IMG/VR virus record: IMGVR_UViG_3300030095_004319
Span: 1 to 27,718 of that record
Reading direction: 5' to 3' (one strand)
Length of the DNA: 27,718 nt
From: a virus
Lineage: Duplodnaviria; Caudoviricetes
Below the pieces are notes generated by a model. The model searched no databases. It had not been told where the DNA came from and worked only from the letters and a program-made list of their open reading frames with translations. A program made the translations under genes and the position numbers. Position 1 is the first letter of the stretch; each line of letters begins with the position of its first letter. Positions 18,936 to 27,718 of the stretch are shown here, piece after piece.

Positions 18936-19802
18936 TTAGTGTTTTATCCACTTAGATTTACCTCTAAGTATTTGAGTTAATTCTTCTAATTTTATATTTG
19001 ATAGTCTAAGCTTTGCTTTTCTAACCTCAGCTCTTCTTTCTTTTCTAAATCTATTTACAATGTATTCTGGTACATTAGCTTTTGTAGACATAACAGCATA
19101 AGCTATGCTTTTATACATTGCTTCTTCAGCAAATTTATGTACTTGCATTTCCGCATCAGTACCTAAGCTATCGCTTATATATTCTAGTATTAAAGTCTTG
19201 CTAGATATATTAGAGCTAAAATGTATTTTACCAGCAAGCTCGTCTATATAAAAACTACCATTTGTCTGTGCGTGAGCAGGATCAATACCATATCTTTCTC
19301 CAATAACTAAATCGTAAGTTCCATCGTCATATTTGTCAACATTATCATTTGGAGTGTGTGATTTGTAAGCAGCCCAAGTATCTGATTCAGTATCAAAATC
19401 TAATTCATCACTATTTAAATTGTAAGTACCGTCAGCATTTTGTTTTATATTTTTAGGATTTGAAGTTTTAATAGCAGGATATAATACATGCTCTATACCA
19501 GCTGAATCACTCCAAGATAATTTTACATAATTTACATAGTCTTGCGGTAGCAACATTTGCAATGTAGCGGGTACTTCTATTTCATGTGCTTTTGTAGATT
19601 TAAAAGTATCAAACGATAATTCTTGTAAAGCTCTTTGCGCATGGAAAGCAACATCTACTTTGTTTATTTTTGGTATTATTTTACCCTCACCAACATAAGC
19701 AATTATAAATTGATCTATAACATTTTGCAAAGAAGTAAATTGGTAACCACCTAAAGTACCTGATTGATACTGGGCTTGAGTTTGATTGTCTAATAATCCC
19801 AT
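18936..19802 (-). CDS. Tail tubular / ring (adaptor) protein (288 aa)
   Basis: Helical N-terminus, LPQDYVNYVKLSW, IHFSS...LEYISD and a helical C-terminus. It lies directly before the muzzle gene. Confidence 0.65.
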   Translation of the reverse strand: MGLLDNQTQAQYQSGTLGGYQFTSLQNVIDQFIIAYVGEGKIIPKINKVDVAFHAQRALQELSFDTFKSTKAHEIEVPATLQMLLPQDYVNYVKLSWSDSAGIEHVLYPAIKTSNPKNIKQNADGTYNLNSDELDFDTESDTWAAYKSHTPNDNVDKYDDGTYDLVIGERYGIDPAHAQTNGSFYIDELAGKIHFSSNISSKTLILEYISDSLGTDAEMQVHKFAEEAMYKSIAYAVMSTKANVPEYIVNRFRKERRAEVRKAKLRLSNIKLEELTQILRGKSKWIKH

Positions 19803-19806
19803 TTAT

Positions 19807-20538
19807 TTATTGTTTTTCTTGTGAAATAATGTTAACTTCTTTATTGCTAGCAGCTGAAGCTAATTGATAGTCTTTCATAGATATACCAGCTAATTGTAGT
19901 ATTTTAATTACAAGCTCAGACTCTTCTGATTCGTGTAATTCAAAATTTTGTAAATCAGTAGCTCCAGAATTATGAACTGCTTTGTCATTAATAACTACAT
20001 AAGTCCATTTAACCGTAGTTGGTTTTTTAATGTAATTAACACTTGTATTACCTGTACTATAAGAAGATGCTGCTGGAAAAATTTTTATTTGAGATACACC
20101 AGCTGCAGTTGGGGCTTGATGAATAAATACTGGTCTTGAGTCTGTTGGAGCCGTTAAAGGTGAGTTTAAAATTAATTGAAGATTTTTTTTATCAATCTTT
20201 TCAACTACAGGATTAGACGTGGCAAGTGTAGAAAACACAGTTCCTAACCTATGTAAGTCACTAGGTAAAGTTAAAACACTACCACTAACACTACTAGGCG
20301 CAACTTTAAATTTTTCAAAAGCAGATATTTTTTCTTCTAGCATACCAACTATATCTGAGTATTCTGTTGAATTACCAGGTGTTCTTTTGAATTGATTTAT
20401 ATCATAAAAATATTGCTCAAATATTTCCATTTGTGCTTGGTTAGCAAACAAGTTAAACTCTTGAGGTGTTATATAACCTCTTTGTTCTTTGTTAGCTATT
20501 GCTAATACTTTTTGATACACCGTGTCTATTAATATCAT
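19807..20538 (-). CDS. Ring / head-tail connector protein (243 aa)
   Basis: ANKEQRGYITPQEFNLFANQAQ, LPSD, NYIKKP and ELHES..ELVIKIL follow the pattern recalled for crAss-like ring proteins. It lies between the capsid and tail genes. Confidence 0.65.
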   Translation of the reverse strand: MILIDTVYQKVLAIANKEQRGYITPQEFNLFANQAQMEIFEQYFYDINQFKRTPGNSTEYSDIVGMLEEKISAFEKFKVAPSSVSGSVLTLPSDLHRLGTVFSTLATSNPVVEKIDKKNLQLILNSPLTAPTDSRPVFIHQAPTAAGVSQIKIFPAASSYSTGNTSVNYIKKPTTVKWTYVVINDKAVHNSGATDLQNFELHESEESELVIKILQLAGISMKDYQLASAASNKEVNIISQEKQ

Positions 20539-20548
20539 ATTTCTTTAT

Positions 20549-20587
20549 TGTAGTTTGCGATCGCCCCGAAGAGCGACCGCTCCTACA
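20549..20587 (-). promoter_or_regulatory. GC-rich RNA hairpin with C(UUCG)G tetraloop and no U-tract
   Basis: Minus-strand RNA UGUAG-GA-GCGGUCGCUC-UUCG-GGGCGAUCGC-AAA-CUACA gives a 10-bp inner stem with two G-U pairs plus a 5-bp outer stem. Confidence 0.75.
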
Positions 20588-20593
20588 GTTTGA

Positions 20594-21412
20594 TTAATTT
20601 AATCGTTTTTCTATATTTGAATACACTTCCATGCCTTCGTCAGTTTTAAACCAAGCGGCTAAAGCTGAATATGGATGCTCATCAAAAGGTACGTTCATTA
20701 GCTTTCTATTATTAGAACTCCAAGTAAAAGTTCTTTGATCGCCAGACAAACTTATAATACCAAGCTCTGTAGCTTTAATACCAAAATTTCTAAGTTGAAC
20801 GTTGTCGTCAGTGGCTAATTCTAAGAATAATTGAGGGTTTCTTTTAGCAAATACAAGTAAATCACGTTTAAGCTCTTTAGAACTCATCTCTGATACTTTA
20901 GAGCCAATTTCTGCTCTCATAATTCCTTCAGCAATATCTATATCTAAGTCTCTAGCCATCATTAAAGCTTCTATTTCAAACTCAAGCATATCTAACTCGC
21001 TCTTAGCTTCTTTTTCCGCTTCGTATTCGTAAAATAAAACTCCAGAGTGTGGGTGGTATAGAGACATTAACTTTTGTAAAGTTTGTTTTTCTCTTGGAAC
21101 ATGAAGATACCCATTTCTAAAAATAATATGAGCTAATCTTTGATCACCAACCATTTCATCAACAAATGGAGTTTTTTGATTTTCAGTATGCTTTAATTCT
21201 CTTTCGTAACCTTTTTCTTCGTCAAACCAGTATATTCCAGATGATTTTATAGAATAACTTAAAGGTTTTCTTTGTCTTAGTAAGTAGTATATTCTATCTT
21301 TTACTTCCCACGTTGGTTTTTTAGGTTCAACTTTTTTAGGTTTTGGTGTTTCAACAACTGGTGTTTCAACAACAGGTACCTCTACCTTTTTTGTTTTTTG
21401 TTTTTTTGCCAT
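20594..21412 (-). CDS. Virion-associated protein downstream of MCP (272 aa), function unknown
   Basis: Intact ORF with a K/P/V/E-rich low-complexity N-terminus and a globular remainder. It occupies the post-MCP slot of the structural module. Confidence 0.6.
   Translation of the reverse strand: MAKKQKTKKVEVPVVETPVVETPKPKKVEPKKPTWEVKDRIYYLLRQRKPLSYSIKSSGIYWFDEEKGYERELKHTENQKTPFVDEMVGDQRLAHIIFRNGYLHVPREKQTLQKLMSLYHPHSGVLFYEYEAEKEAKSELDMLEFEIEALMMARDLDIDIAEGIMRAEIGSKVSEMSSKELKRDLLVFAKRNPQLFLELATDDNVQLRNFGIKATELGIISLSGDQRTFTWSSNNRKLMNVPFDEHPYSALAAWFKTDEGMEVYSNIEKRLN
21345..21374. repeat. 15-bp tandem repeat x2 encoding (P)VVET(P)
   Basis: ggtgtttcaacaact followed by ggtgtttcaacaaca (14/15 identical), in frame. 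Confidence 0.8.
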
Positions 21413-21436
21413 AATATAATATATAATAAAATTAAT

Positions 21437-21474
21437 AAAAAGAAAGGGGTTGGGGAATTACCCCCAACCTCTTT
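21437..21474 (-). terminator. Rho-independent terminator after the major capsid gene
   Basis: Minus-strand RNA AAAGA-GGUUGGGG-GUAAUU-CCCCAACC-CCUUUCUUUU forms an 8-bp GC-rich stem followed by a U-rich tract, about 15 nt after the MCP stop. Confidence 0.85.
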
Positions 21475-21488
21475 AAATAGTAAGTTGC

Positions 21489-23000
21489 TTATTTCATTAA
21501 CATGAAATTGTTAGCAGCTTGAGTAACTAGACATCTTTCAGATAAATAGTGAATTTGCATTGCATCTAAATCAGATGTAACAGCTCCAACTGAACCAGTA
21601 GTCCAAGTTTTCATTCTTCTATCATCTGTTTGAGAAGCTCTGTATCTAACATGTAAGAAAGGTCTTGTAAGATTCTTACCTAATGATTGATCGTAAACTG
21701 AAGATGTTCCAGCAGGTATAATAACCCCTCTAACAGCATCTGTAGTTCCTCTATCATTAATACCACCTCTTGTAGCTAGATCGTTTAAGTATCTAAAGTC
21801 AGACTTGTAGAAATCGTAAGATCCACGTCTGAAACCAGAGAAACCTAAGTTTAATGCCATATCTTCAGAGTTGTTGAATACACCGTAAGATGTACCACCA
21901 GCCCCGTAAGAATTCATTGCAGCTAACATATCGTCCATAGCTAAGCTAGTAGATCTGTTAACAAACATCATGTTTTCTTCAATAGCACCTTGCTTATCAA
22001 ACTCAGCTAAGATAGCGTCAAATTCAGCTAAATCAGTAGCAGCGTTAACACCAGTAACACCAGTAGTAACATTACCTCTATCTTCGATAGCAGCGAATAA
22101 ACCTTCAGTACCAGAGTTAGTTCCTAAACCAGCGTATCCAGTGTCATCAGTACCAGCAGCGTCAACGATATGAGATGTAGCAACGGTTTTCTCTGCTTCC
22201 ATCATTGTCATTTCTAAGTAATCAGTAAAACGAGATCTTGTCTCACCTTCTGCTTTTAAGTACCATAAGTAACCTGATTGACCAGCTTCTCCAGATATTT
22301 CTACCCATCCAATTTGTGAAGCGTCAGATCCTGAAATTTCATAGTAATCTTTCATAATGATCGGTTTGTTTGTAAAAGAAACGTGAGTTGGTTTTACAGC
22401 TTTTGCCGAGCCAGTATCTGTTGAGGTATAGCTACCTTGACCGTTAACTCCTTTCTTAAACTCAGAACCAATAACTAATAAAGTTGCAGCAGTTGCACCT
22501 GCAGTAGCTATTGAAGCATCATCATCAAAATGCTCAACAGTGTATGGTTGAGCTGTAATAGCTATACCATCAACTTTAGTTACATGAGCTCTTAAAACTC
22601 TACCAGCAACAGCTACTAAAACGATATCGTTTAATCTAACACCGTGGTTAGCTAAAGTAAATACGTTAGTAGATGAAGCATTATTTCCATCAATATCAGA
22701 AGTTACAGTAAATATAGAATCACCTGTACTTAAAGTTCCTTTAACTGATATATGTAGTCTACCTTGCTCTGTCCAAATAACTTGGTCAGAAGTCATAGCC
22801 TCTTCAGCTCCTACTTGTGCAAGAAATCCTGAGATAGTTCTGTTTCCAAAAACCTCAGCTTCTTTTTCCATAAGATCTGGTAAATATTGTTGCGCCCAAC
22901 CTTTAGTTGTAGCACTTGTAAAATCGATGTAGTTTGAATCTAGTGTTTGCTTCTGTGAAGCTGGTACACTGTTCAACTCACCTCCTGGTGTAATTGCCAT
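21489..23000 (-). CDS. Major capsid protein (503 aa)
   Basis: Follows portal and scaffold and is followed by a terminator. Motifs WTEQGRLH, IGSEFKKG, NKPIIMKDYYEISGSD, GTEGLFAAIEDRG and HYLSERCL..AANNF fit an HK97-fold MCP of Bacteroidota phages. Confidence 0.85.
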   Translation of the reverse strand: MAITPGGELNSVPASQKQTLDSNYIDFTSATTKGWAQQYLPDLMEKEAEVFGNRTISGFLAQVGAEEAMTSDQVIWTEQGRLHISVKGTLSTGDSIFTVTSDIDGNNASSTNVFTLANHGVRLNDIVLVAVAGRVLRAHVTKVDGIAITAQPYTVEHFDDDASIATAGATAATLLVIGSEFKKGVNGQGSYTSTDTGSAKAVKPTHVSFTNKPIIMKDYYEISGSDASQIGWVEISGEAGQSGYLWYLKAEGETRSRFTDYLEMTMMEAEKTVATSHIVDAAGTDDTGYAGLGTNSGTEGLFAAIEDRGNVTTGVTGVNAATDLAEFDAILAEFDKQGAIEENMMFVNRSTSLAMDDMLAAMNSYGAGGTSYGVFNNSEDMALNLGFSGFRRGSYDFYKSDFRYLNDLATRGGINDRGTTDAVRGVIIPAGTSSVYDQSLGKNLTRPFLHVRYRASQTDDRRMKTWTTGSVGAVTSDLDAMQIHYLSERCLVTQAANNFMLMK

Positions 23001-23021
23001 AATTTTGTAATTTTAAATTTA

Positions 23022-24221
23022 TTATTTATTTTTAATTTTAAACTTAAAATCATTTGAGTTGTCACCTAATACTTTCACTTTCATACCTCCAGCTTCAACT
23101 TCACCAAAAGCTTGTCTTGGGTTCATATCAACATTTTTAGCTTTAGCAATACTTTGTTTTAAAGCATCTGCCTTGCCTTGTTCGTAGAAGTGTTTTGCAA
23201 CAGCATCAGAGTTCATCGCTGTAAATAAAGATTTATGATAACCTTTAGCATCTGACATTTCATTATTTTCATTCAAGAACTTCTTGGTGAAATTAGTAAT
23301 ATCGCTTTGAGTTTCTTTTACTTCATTTGTGTTTTTAACATTAAACCTATACTTTTTATCTCCAACGTTGTATTCAAAACCTTTAAAGTTTTTATCGAAT
23401 AAATTGTCAGATTTTAATCTAAAAGCACTAGCTTGACGCTCAGCGGTTTTTTGACTCTCTTCTGATTCTTTGTTATATCTACTAAAAAAATCAACAGCTT
23501 TTTGTTGTTCTTGAGTCAACTTTGACCCAGCTTTTATTTCTTCATAGTATTTAGACTTTTGCCCGTCTAAGTGGCTTTTAGCGTTGGCAACTTGCTCTTT
23601 TAACGCTATTTTTTTCTTTTTAATATCTCTTGGTTCGTCTTCTTCTTCATTATATGAAAATGAGTCTTCCATTAAAAAACTAATTTCATCGTCTGTCAAG
23701 TGAGATTTTGTTTGTTTGTAGTACTCCCTAAGAATTGTTGTGTCATCATAGCTAGAATAATCTTGGTTAAGACGTACATAATCTTCTAGCGTACCACCAG
23801 TGTCTTTAATAAAATCTACAACTTTTTGTATATTTTCTGGTAATTCTTGTCCAGTTTGTTTAGAATTTAACATAGCTTCTTGAGCTTGCTCAGCTAAATC
23901 TTCTACTTTTTCTTCAATTTTTTCTTCAACAACTTCTTCAGTAACCTCTTCTAATACTGGAGTTTCTTGTGTTTCAGCTTCCGGTTGTACTTCTTCTTGT
24001 TTTTCTGTGGCGTTGGCATCTTCAACGAGCTCAACCACTCCGCTGTCGTCAGCGTTATCTTTTGTAACTTCTTCTGCAACTTCATCTCCTTTTGGTGTTA
24101 GTGGTTTATCTAAATTTACTTTGATGACATTGTCATCTTCATTTGTTTTTTTAAGATCAACTTTTACAACGCTGTCTTTAGCAGCCTTTTCGACTACTTT
24201 TTCTGTTTTCTTTTTTGCCAT
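23022..24221 (-). CDS. Putative capsid scaffolding protein (399 aa)
   Basis: Lies between portal and MCP. Very acidic, disordered E/V/Q-rich N-terminal third followed by a helical/coiled-coil region. No protease motif seen. Confidence 0.65.
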   Translation of the reverse strand: MAKKKTEKVVEKAAKDSVVKVDLKKTNEDDNVIKVNLDKPLTPKGDEVAEEVTKDNADDSGVVELVEDANATEKQEEVQPEAETQETPVLEEVTEEVVEEKIEEKVEDLAEQAQEAMLNSKQTGQELPENIQKVVDFIKDTGGTLEDYVRLNQDYSSYDDTTILREYYKQTKSHLTDDEISFLMEDSFSYNEEEDEPRDIKKKKIALKEQVANAKSHLDGQKSKYYEEIKAGSKLTQEQQKAVDFFSRYNKESEESQKTAERQASAFRLKSDNLFDKNFKGFEYNVGDKKYRFNVKNTNEVKETQSDITNFTKKFLNENNEMSDAKGYHKSLFTAMNSDAVAKHFYEQGKADALKQSIAKAKNVDMNPRQAFGEVEAGGMKVKVLGDNSNDFKFKIKNK

Positions 24222-24249
24222 AATATAATATAATAATAATTAATAATTG

Positions 24250-26670
24250 TTATCTAGGATCAAAAGCACCTAAATTAAAACCTCCTCCTAATATATCATT
24301 ACCTGCAGACTCAAAGTTTTTAGGTGGTTTATCACCTTTTCTTTGGTCTATAAGTTCACTTTGTTGAGAAGCTTGTATTCTAGTTCTTTCGTCTTTACGA
24401 TCTTCTTTTTCTTTTTCTTTATTTTTTTGTGTTTTATCATCAACACCTTTAAGCTGCATATTCATTTGAAACTCTAATTGCATTAATTCTTTTTTGTGCT
24501 CAACTTCTTGCATCATACGTTGAGATTCTAGTTCAGCTTTAACTTGAGCTAACTGAGCGTCGTTAGCGTTAATAACTTGATTTTTTTGTACTTCGGCTTG
24601 AGCAGCAACCTGTTGAGCTTGTGCGTTTGCCTCTGCTTGGGCTTGTATATTTTCTTTAGATATTTGTTGATCTCTAGCTATTTTCTTTTTTCTACGTATT
24701 TTTAATAGTTGATTTGCTAGCTTTAAATTTTTAATTTCTCTAACATCTATAGCATCTTCAAGATCTATACTTTGCTGTGACAAAGCAACTTGTATGTTAT
24801 TTTCTAATAACATTTTTTCTTCTTCGTCCGGTTGTAACTCTATAAATATACCAAAATCGTATAAGTAAAGTTCTTTTAATTCTTCAAGCGTAGCAACGTT
24901 ATGAGCACCTATAGCATGTATAAAAGCATCTCTTGTTGGTGAGTACTCTATAATATCAGATATTCTAAGTGATAATTTTTCTGCTATTTCAGCAGTTAAA
25001 AACAAACCTGATTGTAATATATGTCTTGTAGCAGTGTTACTGTTTGCTGCAGCTAATTTTTGCACTCCAACTAAAGCATTTTTATCTGGCGTGCTACCAT
25101 CTCTAGCTTCGTTAAGTCCGGTAGTATCTCTAATCATCTGCATGTAATAGTTGTAATTGCCTATTAAAGCTTGTATTTTGTTACCACCACTACCACTTGT
25201 TATTTCTTGTATTGGCACTTTACCAGCATTAATATCACCATCACCAGTGTAAGATCTACCAATTACAGAACCTGTTTGGAAGAACATATTTAAAGCTTCT
25301 TGAGGGTTATAGTTTGTACCATTACCTAAATCAACTTCAGCTAAGCCATCAGCGTCTAAATAAACACCATCTGGTACCATACGCGACAATACTTGTTGCA
25401 ATTTTAAATGAGTAAGCTGTATCATATCAGCAAAACCAGTTATACGTCTTACTAAACTTTCTATTTTACCCTTATACATACGCGGTGCTACAATAGAGTA
25501 ATTCATTTTTACTTTATTAAAATCGCTTTTAGGTCTTAACATGTTTTTAGAAATCTCCCACTTTAATAATTTATTAGTACCTAATATTAAAGCACCTTCA
25601 TATAAAACTTCAATTGTTCTTTGTAGTCTTGTAAATTCACCTTCTTTACCAACAGGCGGATTAAAAGTATCATCTTTTTCTATTGCTTTATCTGCTCCAC
25701 TACCAACTTGTTTTACTTTGTAAACCTCGTTCATATATGTTTTATAATTAAAGTATAAAACTTGAACTTTATTATTGTCTATTTCTCTATATTGTGTTGA
25801 GCCTTGATTGTAATTAGTTTGATGATTTTTATTTTTAACTATATCTTCTAGATCTTCTTCAGTTAAAAAAGGAAATTGTTTAGCTAATTCATTTACAGGT
25901 ATTTTTTTAACTTCACCAACATAATACAAATCGTCAAAATAAGGTGATTCTGTGTAAGAATATACTAAATCTGCTGGGTCAACATATTCAACTGTAGCGC
26001 CTTCAGAAGTATTAAAGTTAGTTTTAACAGCACCTATTCCTAAAACTGTTAAATCATAATAAAACCTTTTTTTAATTAAATCGTAGTTGCTACCTTTCAT
26101 TAAAGCACCTAAAGCTTGTTCCTCTGCTAACTCAATAGACTGTTTGTAAGTTAGCTGCATGTGTAAAGCTAAGTCTTCTTTGCTTTCAGGTAATTCTTTT
26201 ATATTTGATTTTCTAGTATTTATACCAAACTGTGAACTATTAAAATCATGAAGCTCTTGTGTGTTCATATCTGAAAGAACATCTTGCATATATTGTGTTC
26301 TTTTCTGCACACTATAAGGATCTTGCGAATAAGCTTTTATATCATACATACGTTCAGCTATACCGTTTACAACTATATCTACAAATTTAGGTATAATAGG
26401 TACTGGTGTCCAATCTAAATTAAGATAAGATAAATCACCGTTTATAGACAATTCATCTTTATATTTTTTTACAGACTGCTCTCCTCTAGCGTATAATCTA
26501 AGATTGTGATAATTGTTTTTATTAGTAGTATATCGTGTTTGATTATAATCATTGTAAAACCACTCTGATTCTATTGCTTTAGCAACTTTCAAACCGTAAT
26601 CGTAACTAATCTTTTCTGCATCACTTACTACTTGACTAGGAAAATAACTTTTTATAACAGACTCTGCCAT
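24250..26670 (-). CDS. Portal protein (806 aa)
   Basis: Immediately downstream of the terminase. Motifs LDWTPVPIIPKFVDIVVNG, EYVDPADLVYS and TGLNEARDG, with a long Q/A/E-rich C-terminal coiled coil (P22-like barrel). Confidence 0.88.
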   Translation of the reverse strand: MAESVIKSYFPSQVVSDAEKISYDYGLKVAKAIESEWFYNDYNQTRYTTNKNNYHNLRLYARGEQSVKKYKDELSINGDLSYLNLDWTPVPIIPKFVDIVVNGIAERMYDIKAYSQDPYSVQKRTQYMQDVLSDMNTQELHDFNSSQFGINTRKSNIKELPESKEDLALHMQLTYKQSIELAEEQALGALMKGSNYDLIKKRFYYDLTVLGIGAVKTNFNTSEGATVEYVDPADLVYSYTESPYFDDLYYVGEVKKIPVNELAKQFPFLTEEDLEDIVKNKNHQTNYNQGSTQYREIDNNKVQVLYFNYKTYMNEVYKVKQVGSGADKAIEKDDTFNPPVGKEGEFTRLQRTIEVLYEGALILGTNKLLKWEISKNMLRPKSDFNKVKMNYSIVAPRMYKGKIESLVRRITGFADMIQLTHLKLQQVLSRMVPDGVYLDADGLAEVDLGNGTNYNPQEALNMFFQTGSVIGRSYTGDGDINAGKVPIQEITSGSGGNKIQALIGNYNYYMQMIRDTTGLNEARDGSTPDKNALVGVQKLAAANSNTATRHILQSGLFLTAEIAEKLSLRISDIIEYSPTRDAFIHAIGAHNVATLEELKELYLYDFGIFIELQPDEEEKMLLENNIQVALSQQSIDLEDAIDVREIKNLKLANQLLKIRRKKKIARDQQISKENIQAQAEANAQAQQVAAQAEVQKNQVINANDAQLAQVKAELESQRMMQEVEHKKELMQLEFQMNMQLKGVDDKTQKNKEKEKEDRKDERTRIQASQQSELIDQRKGDKPPKNFESAGNDILGGGFNLGAFDPR

Positions 26671-26672
26671 AT

Positions 26673-27716
26673 TTATTTTATTATTTTAGAATTATAACCA
26701 GTATTTTTGTACTTAGCTATGTTTATGTTTATTTTTTGTTTTTCTACTTTAGCGTTTGGCCTATACAAATGCCTATTGTTAGCCATTATAGCTAAACCAG
26801 AACTTATAGATGCATCATGCTTTGTTCTTTTGTTTATATCAAACTTAGCCCAGTCATTTAACAGCTCGTTAAAATAACAGTCACCAAACGACCCGTCTTG
26901 TTGCATACCAACGTGATCTTGTATATACATTTCAATTGCAGCGGCGTGAGCTTGTTTAATATCTTCACTTGAGTTTGGTATTCCACCAACTTCTTTTTCA
27001 GCTGTAGATAATTTGTTCCATATTTTATCTGGCCTATTCATGCTGTAACCTCTGTAACCACGTCTTCGTAAATAATACAATAGACGAGGTTTATTGTTCT
27101 CTGCAAGTAAAGGCATCCCATAAAATACTAATGCCATTAAAACGTCTTCAAAGAATATCTCTGCGGTTTGTGGTCTAGCTAAATACTCTAAAAAAAATGT
27201 ATTAGCCGGTGCGTCTTCCATACTAAACTTAGTTAGCCCGTGTAAAGCACCTTTAGAACCTACACCATCTACAGTTCCTGATATATCGTAACTGTCACAA
27301 CCAAAAGCACCCATGTGCTCATTGCCAGGCCATTTAACACCGTTTTTAGTTACAACTTTATTCTGTATGTTTGATGGTGGTACCCAACTTACTTTAAACC
27401 TACCTTTAGGGTCTGGGTAAAATATTACTTTTGAATCTTTAACCCCATTAACCCATTGAAAATTACCTTTAGTAATACCTAATGTTCTAGACATTTCTTC
27501 GTTGTAATCTATTTGCTCGTATAATTTAACAAGATTAAAAATAGAATTTTTAGTCTCATCTCTAAATGCGTGTTCAGTAGTTCTTGGAAACTGTCTGTAA
27601 AATTCGTTTAAAGCATCTTGATCACCTTTTAAACCGTCAGCTTCATTCTGCCAACTGTCTATAACTCCTATGTCTATTAATTCCCCATGTGGATCGAAGA
27701 CTTCATGATCCGGAGT
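26673..27716 (-). CDS. terL: Terminase large subunit, C-terminal (nuclease) part; 5' end lies outside the window
   Basis: The frame stays open from the window edge (TPDHEVFDPHGELIDIGVIDSWQNE...YRQFPRTTEHAFRDE...) into the ORF called at 27494, so that Met is internal. RNase H-like motifs GAFGCDSYD, LAENNKP and KHDASISSGLA are present, and the gene is adjacent to the portal. Confidence 0.9.
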   Translation of the reverse strand, partial: TPDHEVFDPHGELIDIGVIDSWQNEADGLKGDQDALNEFYRQFPRTTEHAFRDETKNSIFNLVKLYEQIDYNEEMSRTLGITKGNFQWVNGVKDSKVIFYPDPKGRFKVSWVPPSNIQNKVVTKNGVKWPGNEHMGAFGCDSYDISGTVDGVGSKGALHGLTKFSMEDAPANTFFLEYLARPQTAEIFFEDVLMALVFYGMPLLAENNKPRLLYYLRRRGYRGYSMNRPDKIWNKLSTAEKEVGGIPNSSEDIKQAHAAAIEMYIQDHVGMQQDGSFGDCYFNELLNDWAKFDINKRTKHDASISSGLAIMANNRHLYRPNAKVEKQKININIAKYKNTGYNSKIIK

Positions 27717-27718
27717 AT

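Noticed and set aside
21345-21374. Tandem repeat as a CRISPR or regulatory array
   Set aside because: There are only two adjacent in-frame units with no spacers; it is a simple coding duplication in a low-complexity linker.
23022-24221. Prohead protease between portal and MCP
   Set aside because: No protease catalytic motif is visible, and the acidic disordered plus coiled-coil composition fits a scaffold.
998-25723. All plus-strand ORFs in the track (60-185 aa)
   Set aside because: They lie antisense to long minus-strand genes, many start at non-ATG codons, and they show the F/L/S/I-rich composition typical of shadow frames.
26673-27494. 273-aa ORF as a complete gene
   Set aside because: The frame is open upstream to the window edge and contains terminase-like sequence (YRQFPRTTEHAF), so the called Met is internal.
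32-27718. Stop-codon reassignment as seen in some crAss-like phages
   Set aside because: Genes are long and tile the strand under the standard code. Thirteen of 14 end in TAA and one in TGA. The lack of primary TAG stops is explainable by AT-richness.

Overview
AT-rich window from a dsDNA podovirus-type bacteriophage, most likely infecting Bacteroidota (Flavobacteriaceae-like). It holds most of the virion morphogenesis module. All 14 supported genes lie on the minus strand and are tightly packed. In transcription order (right to left): terminase large subunit (5'-truncated by the window edge), portal (806 aa), acidic scaffold-like protein, major capsid protein (503 aa) followed by an intrinsic terminator, a 272-aa virion-associated protein, two ring/tail-tube proteins, a 2001-aa tail stabilization/muzzle protein, two beta-rich tail-associated ORFs, three putative ejection (cargo) proteins and a lipoprotein. 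Gene order and motifs recall crAss-related and marine Cellulophaga phi38:1-like phages; this is recognition from memory, not a database result. The most notable element is the 2733-aa putative injected protein. It lacks the DxDxD motif of crAss virion RNA polymerases and instead reads as a polyvalent polyprotein: HExxH metallopeptidase, sigma-70-like segment, PD-(D/E)xK nuclease and HAD phosphatase modules, separated by a recurring (S/N)-(F/M)-S-x-(G/A) linker that may be a processing site. Plus-strand ORFs are treated as shadows. No tRNA, rRNA, CRISPR array or mobile element was recognised.
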